This document shows positions 1 through 22,381 of a stretch of 64,000 nt of DNA, one piece after another. The stretch comes from Antechinus flavipes (taxonomy: Eukaryota). Where the stretch lies: NCBI RefSeq assembly GCF_016432865.1, contig NC_067404.1, positions 83,328,001 to 83,392,000 on the forward strand, written 5' to 3'. The first letter of the stretch is position 1. Every line of letters begins with the position of its first letter. The notes under the pieces are model-generated. The model did not search any database. It was given only the letters and a program-made list of their open reading frames with translations, and was not told the DNA's origin. The translations under genes were made by a program, and so were the position numbers.

Positions 1-1084
1 ATTCCTGATTTCCTGCTGCATCAAGTCTAAATTCCTCTAAGCATTTTGGAAAGTTCTCTATAACTCGATACCAGATTATGTCACTTCTTATTACTCTCTA
101 CATGTTCCCATTGCTCCAGTGGGGTCAGTTTCTACCCGATTCTTTGAGAATGCTCTATTAATTCCCCTCTCACTATCTTGGCTCGTGGTTTTCTCATTAT
201 CTAGCTAAATTCGTTTCTATTATGTGCCTGTCAGTGTTCACTTCCATCATTAATCCCTTTTCAACTATTTTAACTTAGACTAATATTCTTTTCTGAACTC
301 CCATATCTTGTATCTGAGATGAGGTAATTGGTCTAATTTTTAAAACAAATATACTAGAACTTTTCTCTCAAACTCAGTAGTTCCATCTTTAGAAAAAATA
401 AAAACTTGTTTGTTTACAATATCTTCAAAGCAACTAACATTCAAGAAAAAAATTATCCAATGTGGGCATTCAAAAAATTACTGCTTCTTGAATATTACAG
501 CAAGCACACTGTCAGAAAAAAGGAGAAGCTTTTCAGATCCTACCTTCTGAGTCACCCATGGGATTTCATGCAATTTTGCCTGCTCCTACAAAAGTATAGA
601 ACTTATTTCCTACTAAGGTCTAGTGGGCTACTTGAGGTAGAGGGAAACTAATCCAAGGTCTCTATGTGTTTTGAGTTTTTTGGGGGAGAAAAAATTAAAC
701 AAAGGTCATTCTAAATGCTTGTTTAGAAGAGGTCATATACCATTTTATTCAATTAAGTATAGGTAATAAAAAGATATTCTGATTCTGTCCTACGACCAGT
801 CATTACAAGTGTGTTGAATTGAAGTTAAAGAGGATAACTAGGAGAGATAGGAAAGCAGCATAGCAAATACACAACTCCTTGTGAGGCTGCAGCCAAAGAG
901 AGCTAACATTTTGCATCTACCATTAAGAACACCGGTAACAAAATAGAAAACGATGTTCTACCCTTGTATGAGAGTACTATATTCAGAATTCTATTATGTA
1001 GAACAAGTAAAACTATAACCAGTAAGTGGCCACCATGGTGACCATGGCCACAATGGATACAGGAATGCCTCGCTTGCCCGCTGG

Positions 1085-1645
1085 TGGGTCTGTTTGCCGC
1101 AAGTCACTCCTCACTCCAATTCATCTTCTAGTCAGCCACTAAAGTGATTTTTCAATAAGCTCAGGAGGCTCCTATCACCTCCAGAATCAAATATAAAATC
1201 CTCTGGCATTCAAAGCCCTTTATAACCTAGCCTTCCTCCTACATTTTGTCTTTTTTATACCTTACTCACTGACACACACTCTTGACAGTTCCTGCTGTTC
1301 CAGGGAACAATACACTTTGCTTCTTGAGTCTCAACATTTCCCCACGCCTGAAATGCTCCTCCTGCTCATCTCTATCAATTGGCTTCCCTGGCTTCCTTTA
1401 AATCCCAAGTAAAATCCTCCCCTCCTTTGACAGGAAGCCTTTATTACCCCCTCATAATTCTAGGGCCTTCCTTCTTTTAATCCTTTCCGATTTGTCTTGT
1501 ACACAGCTTGTTTGTGCATCTTTGTTTGCTCGTTGTCTTCTCCATGAGATGGTGGGCTCCTTGAGGACAGGGGCTGTCTTTTGCCTTTTTGGTAGACTCA
1601 GAACATTGCACAATGGCTGGCATACAGCAGATGCTTAGTGAATGT
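1085..1645 (+). mobile_element. Ancient L2 3' fragment
   Basis: L2-type 3' end (CTCCTTGAGGACAGGGCTGTCTTTTGCC...GCTTAGTGAATGTTTCTTGACTGAC). Confidence 0.55.
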
Positions 1646-2207
1646 TTCTTGACTGACAGGAAAATCTGGAGATCCAAGGTCCCTAGTATCCAGTTCCAGG
1701 ATGCCATAGTTGACTGTGAAGATATAGTACTCTAAAACTCAAAGATCTGGAGAGACTGGGGGTGGCGTGAAACCTTAGCAGAAGGTGTCAGTAATAGTGA
1801 TTACCCTCTCCTCCTCCAAAGAGGGCCACTCAAACTTTTTTTTTAATATACAGAAGATAAGCATTTGAAAAACTTGGACAAGTTTTGAAAGATGTATGTA
1901 TTTACATATATTTTTTAAACGTATTAATGAAATGTAGACAGTTTCACATACCATCTTCTCTTTGTGTTCTGTTTTATATGTGGAAATTAGTGTTTTAAGT
2001 TCAAAATTTAAAATTTTAAAAATAGTTTCCCAAATGAGTCCTTTCCCAAGCCCCTGCTGTTAGCAAGTATCTTCAAGCAGTCTTGGTCTCCCTTCTTTGT
2101 CAATCATTAAGTATCTCCTATCAACTTACTCCCGATTTCCTAAAACTGCTACCTCTTAGGTTTAACGTGGGTATAAATGAAATTGATTTAAGGATCTATG
2201 GCTTTCA

Positions 2208-13478
<11,271 letters not shown>

Positions 13479-13719
13479 CACGGTTTCAAACTCTGAATCC
13501 TGCCAGGAGGAAAGGTGAGAACTGCTTAGTGGGATACCTGATTCAAGGACCTCTCCATCTCTTTAGCCTCCTCACAAAAGCCCCAATATCCTGTTTTCTT
13601 ACCTCAGTTTCCACCCAACTGCCACAATGTCCTCAACCTCTCCAACCTCCAGATCTCTCTGGCTTTCTTATAACCATTTCAATCTCCTCAGACTACTCGC
13701 CCCCCACTCTCCTCACACC

Positions 13720-16700
13720 CCAAACCTCTTCACCTTCCAAAAATCTTTTCACCGCTCCCCCCTCCATCTTCTCAAAGTCTCTTGGCCTCCATCCCACCCA
13801 ATCTCTTTACCTTCCAGAATACCAACATGCCCTCAGCCTCCCGCCTCTGGCCTCTGCCTCCCCCCCCAATTTCCTCACCTTCAGGAACATTAACATACCC
13901 TCAGCCTCCAATCCCGCAAGCTTCTCAGTGCCCCTCGGCCTTCGCCCAGCCCAATCTCCTTAGTTACCAATACCAACATCCCCTCCGCCTCCATCCCGCC
14001 AAGCTCCGCCCCTCAGTCTTTGCCCATCCAATCTCTTAACCTTCCATAACACCAACATCCCCTCAGCTCCCCCAAGCTCCACCCCTCAAGGCTCTGCTCC
14101 CCACCCCTCACACTTCCTAGGCTTCTGCCCCACCCCAATCTACTAAGAGTTAACAATACTAACATCCCCTCGGCCTCCACTCCCCACTTTCCTCAACTTC
14201 GGGAATACTAACATAACCATGGCCACCATCCAGCCAAGCTCCTCAGCGCCCCTCCGCCTCCACCTGCTCAATCTCTTCACCTTCCAGAATACAAATACCC
14301 TGGCTTCTGCCCCACTCAATATCCTCAACCTTACCAATACCGACAACCACGCGGTCTTCGCCCCTCCAATTTCCTCAACTTTGGGAATACTGATATTCCC
14401 TCGGCCTCCATACCACCCAATCTCTTCACCTTCCGAAATACCAACATCTCTTCAGCCTTCCCCACCCCCCCATCTCCCCACAGTCCCTTGGCTTCCGCCC
14501 AACCCAATCTCCTCAGTGTTACCAATACCAATAACCACGCGGTCTTTGCCCCCCAATTTCCTCAATTTCGGGAATACTAATATTCCCTCGGCCTCCACCA
14601 AAACCAATCTCTTCACCTTTGGGAATATTAATATCTGTGCCTCCATTTCAATAAGCTCCTCAGCGCCCCCCTTGGCCTCCACCAAAACCAATCTCATCAC
14701 ATTTCCCTTCGGGAATAGCAACATCCCTTCAGTCCTCGTCCCCCCCCCCCCCCCTCGCCCGCCATCTCCTCACAGTCCCTTGGCTTCCGCCCCGCGCAAT
14801 CTCCTCAGTGTTACCAATACCAACAACCACGCGGTCTTCGCCCCTCCAATTTCCTCAACTTCGGGAATACTAATATTCCCTCGGCCTCCATACCACCCAA
14901 TCTCTTCACCTTCCGAAATACCAACATCTCTTCAGCCTTCCCCCCCCCCCCATCTCCTCACAGTCCCTTGGCTTCCGCCCCGCGCAATCTCCTCAGTGTT
15001 ACCAATACCAACAACCAGGCGGTCTTCGCCCCTCCAATTTCCTCAACTTCGGGAATACTAATATTCCCTCGGCCTCCATACCACCCAATCTCTTCACCTT
15101 CCGAAATACCAACATCTCTTCAGCCTTCCCCACCCCCCCCCCCCATCTCCTCACAGTCCCTTGGCTTCCGCCCCGCGCAATCTCCTCAGTGTTACCAATA
15201 CCAACAACCACGCGGTCTTCGCCCCTCCAATTTCCTCAACTTCGGGAATACTAATATTCCCTCGGCCTCCACCAAAACCAATCTCTTCACCTTTGGGAAT
15301 ATTAACATCTGTGCCTCCATTTCAATAAGCTCCTCAGCGCCCCCCTTGGCCTCCACCAAAACCAATCTCATCACATTTCCCTTCTGGAATAGCAACATCC
15401 CTTCAGTCCTCGTCCCCCTCGCCCGCCATCTCCTCACAGTCCCTTGGCTTCCGCCCGCGCAATCTCCTCAGTGTTACCAATACCAACAACCACGCGGTCT
15501 TCGCCCCTCCAATTTCCTCAACTTCGGGATACTAATATTCCCTCGGCCTCCATACCACCCAATCTCTTCACCTTCCGAAATACCAACATCTCTTCAGCCT
15601 TCCCCCCCCCCCCCCCATCTCCTCACAGTCCCTTGGCTTCCGCCCCGCGCAATCTCCTCAGTGTTACCAATACCAACAACCAGGCGGTCTTCGCCCCTCC
15701 AATTTCCTCAACTTCGGGAATACTAATATTCCCTCGGCCTCCATACCACCCAATCTCTTCACCTTCCGAAATACCAACATCTCTTCAGCCTTCCCCACCC
15801 CCCCCCCCCATCTCCTCACAGTCCCTTGGCTTCCGCCCCGCGCAATCTCCTCAGTGTTACCAATACCAACAACCACGCGGTCTTCGCCCCTCCAATTTCC
15901 TCAACTTCGGGAATACTAATATTCCCTCGGCCTCCACCAAAACCAATCTCTTCACCTTTGGGAATATTAACATCTGTGCCTCCATTTCAATAAGCTCCTC
16001 AGCGCCCCCCTTGGCCTCCACCAAAACCAATCTCATCACATTTCCCTTCTGGAATAGCAACATCCCTTCAGTCCTCGTCCCCCTCGCCCGCCATCTCCTC
16101 ACAGTCCCTTGGCTTCCGCCCGCGCAATCTCCTCAGTGTTACCAATACCAACAACCACGCGGTCTTCGCCCCTCCAATTTCCTCAACTTCGGGAATACTA
16201 ATATTCCCTCGGCCTCCACCAAAACCAATCTCTTCACCTTTGGGAATATTAATATCTGTGCCTCCATTTCAATAAGCTCCTCAGCGCCCCCCTTGGCCTC
16301 CACCAAAACCAATCTCATCACATTTCCCTTCGGGAATAGCAACATCCCTTCAGTCCTCGTTCCCCCCCCCCCCTCGCCCGCCATCTCCTCACAGTCCCTT
16401 GGCTTCCGCCCCGCGCAATCTCCTCAGTGTTACCAATACCAACAACCACGCGGTCTTCGCCCCTCCAATTTCCTCAACGTCGGGAATACTAATATTCCCT
16501 CGGCCTCCACCAAAACCAATCTCTTCACCTTTGGGAATATTAACATCTGTGCCTCCATTTCAATAAGCTCCTCAGCGCCCCCCTTGGCCTCCACCAAAAC
16601 CAATCTCATCACATTTCCCTTCGGGAATAGCAACATCCCTTCAGTCCTCGCCCCCCCCCCCCCCCCCCCCGCCCGCCATCTCCTCACAGTCCCTTGGCTT

Positions 16701-19700
16701 CCTTCCGCCCCGCGCAATCTCCTCAGTGTTACCAATACCAACAACCACGCGGTCTTCGCCCCTCCAATTTCCTCAACTTCGGGAATACTGATATTCCCTC
16801 AGTCTCCATACCACCCAATCTCTTCACCTTCCGAAATACCAACATTCCCTCAGCCTCCGCCTCCTTCCAATTTCCTCACCTTCGGGAATACTAACTTCTT
16901 CTTGGCCTCCATTTCAACAAGCTCTTCAGCGCCCCCTTGGCCTCTACCCAAACCAATCTTATCATGTTCCCCTTCCGGAATAGCAACATCCCTTCAGCAC
17001 CCCTCCCCCCCATCTCCTTACTGTCCCTCGGCTTCCACCCCACCCAATCTCCTCTGTGTTACCAATGCCAACAACCATGCGGTCTTTGCCCTCCCAATTT
17101 CCTCAACTTCAGAAATATTAATATTCCCTCGGCTCTCCATACCACCCAATCTCTTCACCTTCCGAAATACCAACATCTCTTCAGCCCCCCCCCCCATCTT
17201 CTCACAGTCCCTCGGCTTCCGCCCAACTCAATCTCCTCAGTGTTACCAATACCAACAACCACACGGTCCTCGCCCCCCAATTTCTTCAACTTTATTCCCT
17301 TGGCCTCCATACCACCCAATCTCTTCACCTTCCGAAATACCAACATCCCCTCGGCCTCCGCCCCCTTCCAATTTCCTCACCTTCGGGAATACTAACTTCT
17401 TCTTGGCCTCCATTTCAACAAGCTCTTCAGCGCCCCCTTGGCCTCTACCCAAACCAATCTTATCATGTTCCCCTTCCGGAATAGCAACATCCCTTCAGCA
17501 CCCCTCCCCCCCATCTCCTTACTGTCCCTCGCTTCCACCACCCCACCCAATCTCCTCTGTGTTACCAATGCCAACAACCATGCGGTCTTTGCCCTCCCAA
17601 TTTCCTCAACTTCAGAAATATTAATATTCCCTCGGCCTCCATACCACCCAATCTCTTCACCTTCCGAAATACCAACATCTCTTCAGCCCCCCCCCCCATC
17701 TTCTCACAGTCCCTCGGCTTCCGCCCAACTCAATCTCCTCAGTGTTACCAATACCAACAACCACACGGTCCTCGCCCCCCAATTTCTTCAACTTTATTCC
17801 CTTGGCCTCCATACCACCCAATCTCTTCACCTTCCGAAATACCAACATCCCCTCGGCCTCCGCCCCCTTCCAATTTCCTCACCTTCGGGAATACTAACTT
17901 CTTCTTGGCCTCCATTTCAACAAGCTCCTCAGCGCCCCCTTGGCCTCCAAGCAAACCAATCTCTTCACGTTCCCCTTCCGGAATAGCAACATCCCTTCAG
18001 CACCCCTCCCCCCCCAATCTCCTTACTGTCCCTCGGCTTCCACCCCACCCAATCTTCTCAATGTTACCAATGCCAACAACGATGCGGTCTTTGCCCCCCA
18101 ATTTCCTCAACTTCAGGAATACTAATAGTCCCTCAGCCTCCATACCACCCAATCTCTTCACCTTCCGAAATACCAACATCTCTTCAGCCGCCCCCCCCCC
18201 CCAATCTTCTCACAGTCCCTCGGCTTCCGCCCAACCCAATTTCCTCAGTATTACCAATACCAACACCACACGGTCCTCGCCCCCCAATTTCCTCAACTTT
18301 ATTCCCTCAGCCTCCATACCACCCAATCTCTTCACCTTCCGAAATACCAACATTTTTTCAGCCGCGCCCCCCCCCCCATTTTCTCACAGTCCCTCCGCTT
18401 CCGCCCAACCCAATCTCCTCAGTGTTACCAATACCAACAACCACACGGTCCTCGCCCCCCAATTTTCTCAACTTTATTCCCTTGGCCTCCATACCACCTA
18501 ATCTCTTCACCTTCCGACATACCAACATCCCCTCGGCCTCCGCCCCCTTCCAATTTCCTCACCTTCGGGAATACTAACTTCTTCTTGGCCTCCATTTCAA
18601 CAAGCTCCTCAGCGCCCCCTTGGCCTCCACCCAAACCAATCTTATCATGTTCCCCTTCCGGAATAGCAACATCCCTTCAGCACCCCCTTCGCCCAATCTC
18701 CTTACTGTCCCTCGGCTTCCGCCCCGCCCAATCTCCTCAGTGTTACCAATACCAACAACCACACGGTCCTCACCCCCCAATTTTCTCAACTTTATTCCCT
18801 CGGTCTCCATACCACCCAATCTCTTCACCTTCCGAAATACCAACATCCCTTCAGCACCCCCCTCCCCATTTCCCACACAGTCCCTCGGCTTCCACCCCAC
18901 CCAATCTCCTCAGTGTTACCAATACCAACAACCACACGGTCCTCGCCCCCCAATTTCCTCAACTTTATTCCCTTGGCCTCCATACCACCCAATCTCTTCA
19001 CCTTCCGAAATACCAACATCCCCTCGGCCTCCATCTCCTTCCAATTTCCTCACCTTCGGGAATACTAACTTCTTCTTGGCCTCCATTTCAACAAGCTCCT
19101 CAGCACCACCTTGATCTCCACACAAACCAATCTCTTCACATTCCCCTTCCGGAATAGCAACATCCCCTCAGCCCCCGCCCCCCATCTCTTCATAGTCCCT
19201 TGGCTCCGCCCACTTTGCTGGATACCAACATCCCCTCAGCCTCCTGCTTCCGCCTCCCACCCCACTTTCCTCACCTTTGGAAATATAAACATCCCCTCAG
19301 CCTCCATCCTGCCGATCTCCTCAGTGTACCTTTCGGCCTCCAACCCACCCAATCCCTTCACGTTCCCCTTCCAGAATACCAACATCCCCTAGGCCCTCAC
19401 CCCTCATCTCCTCAGTCCCTCGGCCTCTGCCCCCCCCCCCCAATTTCCTCATCTCTGGGAATGCTAATATCTCCTAGGCGCCTCTCATCCTCTGACCCAC
19501 CCAGTCTCTTTATGTTCCCCTTCGGGAATACCAACATCCCCTTGCCCCCCCCCCCCCAATCTCATGGTCCCTGGCTTCCGCCCTCCTAATCTCCTCAGTT
19601 ACCAATACCAACATCCTTTTGGCGTCCATCCCACCCAATCTCCTCACCATCAATAATATCACATCCCCTCCGCCTTGTGACCCCTACCGCCCACTTTCCT

Positions 19701-20790
19701 CATCTTCGGGAATATTAACATCCGTTCTGCCTCCGGCTGCCTCCTCCCCCTCTCTTCAGCATCTCTTGCATCCTACCCATCCAATCTCTTCACCTTCCAG
19801 AATACCAACATCCCCTCGGCTTTCCCCACTCACCCAATTTCCTCAGTGTTACCAATACCAACAAGTCCTTGGCCTCCATCCATCCAATTTCCTCACAGTC
19901 CTTCACCCCTCCCTCCAATTTCCTCATCTTCGGGAATACGAACATCCCCTTAGCCTCCATCCCACTCAACTGCCCCACCTGTTAGCAATACCAACATGCC
20001 CCTGTCCTCCACTCTCCCATCTCTTCAGCTTCCACAGCACCAACATCCCTTTGGCTTCTGTCTCCCCACTTTCCTCATCTTGGAGAAAACTAACATCCCC
20101 TCAGTTTCCGCCCAACTCAATCTCCTCAGTGTTACCAATACCAACATGCCCTCGGCCTCGATTCCACCCAGTCTCTTCACATTCAGGAATATTAATATCC
20201 CTTCAGCCTCCATCCCACTCAATCTCCTCACCTGTCAGCAATACCAAGATCCCCTATCCCCTCAGCCTCCGCCCTCCTACTCTGTTTCCACAGCACCAAC
20301 ATCCTCAGCCCTAGCCCCCATCTCCTCAGCCTCCAAAATATCAATATCCCCTTGACCCCCACCCTCCCCGATCTCCTCAGCCTCCACAGCACCAACACCC
20401 CCTCGGCCTCCAACCTCCAATTTCCCCATTTTCTATCCCCAATCTCCTCAGCCTCCACTACATTAACATCCCTCGGCCTCCGGCCCCCCCAATCACCTCA
20501 GCTTTCTCAGGCCCTTCACAACGTCAGCATATTGTCAACTGCCTCCCCTCCCCCCAATCTCTGCAGAGTTCTGACTTCCAAAGTTTCTGACTTCTTGACT
20601 CCAGCTCAGCCTATTCACCTCCCAAATCTACTCCTGTCCCTCCCCCACTGCTCCCTCCTCCCCCCTTCGGACTCTTGACGTCAATATCTCTGCAGTCTCC
20701 TCACCTTCACAATCTCCTCAGACTCTTCAACCCCCAACTCCACAGCCTCCTCCAGAGAGCCGCAATTTCCAGAGCCTCCTCCCCCCAAAG
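13720..20790. repeat. Complex ~7 kb C-rich tandem array (~35-55 bp monomers organised in 190/285/500/665-bp higher-order units) in KIF4A intron 1
   Basis: Recurrent motif CCAATYTCYTCA...AATAYYAAYATYCCYTCRGCYTCC. The landmark GTGTTACCAAT occurs at 14516, 14808, 14996, 15189, 15471, 15661, 15854, 16136, 16427 and 16726. Identical ORF-track peptides recur at offsets of 665 and ~502 bp. Confidence 0.95.
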
Positions 20791-20799
20791 CCTCAAGCA

Positions 20800-21500
20800 C
20801 CCCTCGGCGGGCGCAGGGCCTCGTTTTGACTAGGTCCTCCCGCGCCGCGCCGCGCCCCTCCCCTCGGCGCCGCTAGGTCTCCGTGACCCCCTGCCGCACA
20901 ACCCACTTTCCACACCCCCCCCGCTGCCAGCGGCTCACCCGCAGGCCTCTGGACTCCCGGCTGCAGAGATCCCTCCCGATGCCTCCTGGAACCCGCACAC
21001 CCCGCCGTACCTTTTAACCGCCAAGTTTCAAATCAGCCTGGGAGACACCGGCCAATCAGCGAGCGGAAGAAAGGAGGCGGGGCCTCCGGGACAGAGGCGA
21101 GTCCCGGGGCGCAGGCGCAAAGCGACCCGGCTCTCGCCCCGCCCCCTCTGCATCCCGCCCCGCCCAGGGAGACACCGCGGCTGGGCTGGGCTCTCCCGAG
21201 CTCCCCGCCTGCTGGGGTCCTCTTTGCTTCCGCTTCCGGCTCTCAGTCTCCGGCACGGGCGCCCGAAAGTCCAAGCTGGCGGTGGCGCCGGAGCCCCAGT
21301 CCAGGTGAGGCGCTGCCCCGCGGGGAGCTGTCCCGGGGACAGGGGCACGAGGGCGCGGCCAACTGTCAATGGGCTGGGGGCCGCCTCGGGAACGCAAAGC
21401 CTATTGCCCGAGAAGGTTGGCTCGCCCTGGCCAAGGGCTTCTGCCCTGCCTCCTCCGAGCTGCTCTGCGCCTGCGCCTGCGCGTCCTTGCCCCCTAAATG
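20800..21500. promoter_or_regulatory. CpG-island bidirectional promoter of KIF4A and PDZD11
   Basis: CpG-dense. Contains CHR TTTGAA (minus, 21027-21032), TTGGCGG (minus, 21018-21024), CCAAT (21052-21056), several GC boxes (21076-21165) and tandem ETS/GABP CTTCCG-CTTCCGG (21227-21239). PDZD11 exon 1 donor CAG|GTGAGG is at 21304/21305. Confidence 0.85.
20939..21040 (-). other. KIF4A: Probable non-coding exon 1 of KIF4A (TSS approximate)
   Basis: Minus-strand donors GG|GTGAGC (exon end 20939) and AAAAG|GTACGG (exon end 21011) lie just downstream of CCAAT/CHR elements. The acceptor of the ATG-containing exon is at 13500-13501. Confidence 0.55.
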
Positions 21501-22044
21501 CTGAGGAGGAGGCTTGGCGAACCTGGAAAAACTGGGTTCATGCGCTGTCTCTCACACCTAGTTTGGGATCCTGGGCAAGTTACGTTTTCTCTTAGTGCTC
21601 ACTGGCTCGTCTTAATGACCTGAAGGAAAGGGAATCATCTTTTAGTTAGCTCCTAGTAGGTGCAAAGCTCTTTACAAATATTTGATACAGCAACCCTCTG
21701 AAGTAGGTGCAATTATGATTCCCATTTTACAGATGAGGAAATTGAGGCAGATGGCGGTACAAGGTCCATCAGCTAATAATTTTCTGAGGCTGACTTTGAA
21801 TTCAGGTGTTCTTGATTTCCTGCCCAACCACTCTATCCATTTTGCCATCGAGGTGCATGCAAATATTAACTCATTTTTGTCCAGCCGGCATTAGATGGAT
21901 GAGGATAATGTGTGGAAATTGATCGGGGAGGGAGGGTTTGGCTCAGATCACCTTGGCAACATTCTGATGAATGTTCTGATTGAACTACAGAATTTTAGAG
22001 CAAGAGTTGAAAGGGCCTGCAATTTATTTATCCATTCATTCATT

Positions 22045-22191
22045 TCTTTCTTTATTTGCTGAGATCATTGGGGTTAAGTGACTTGCCCAGGGTCACACAG
22101 CTAGGCAGTGTTAAGTGTGTGAGAACAGATTGGAACTCCGGTCCTCTTGGCTTTGGGGCTGATGCTCTATCCACTGCGCCACCTAGCTGCC
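22045..22191 (-). mobile_element. Short CORE-SINE (WSINE1-like)
   Basis: Reverse complement of GGCAGCTAGGTGGCGCAGTGGATAGAGC...CACTTAACAC...GGGCAAGTCACTTAACCCCAA followed by an A-rich tail. Confidence 0.75.
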
Positions 22192-22381
22192 GGAAAGGTT
22201 ATCCTTATTTTCCAGAGGAAACATCAAAGACCCAGAGAGATGTAGTGATTTTCTCCAAAATGGAATTAGAACTCTGGTCCAGAACTAGCACTCACTCTCT
22301 CAGTCAATTGTGTGCTGGTTTGACTCAGCCCTCTCAGCTGAATGCCAGTTTATGTTTGTTCTCCTCAGCCCCTCCCCAGAA

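Noticed and set aside
14219-19160. Long Pro/Ser/Thr-rich plus-strand ORFs (up to 726 aa) and repetitive minus-strand peptides in the array, suggesting a mucin-like or repeat protein gene
   Set aside because: Starts are mostly TTG, unit lengths (188, 190, 193, 292, 299) do not preserve frame so the peptide cycles through all three frames, and C-rich DNA is naturally stop-poor. There is no splice or Kozak support.
13720-20790. Array as a CRISPR locus or as the marsupial X-inactivation lncRNA RSX
   Set aside because: There are no unique spacers and the context is eukaryotic. RSX is, as I recall, near HPRT1/PHF6 rather than KIF4A, and I cannot show any sequence similarity.
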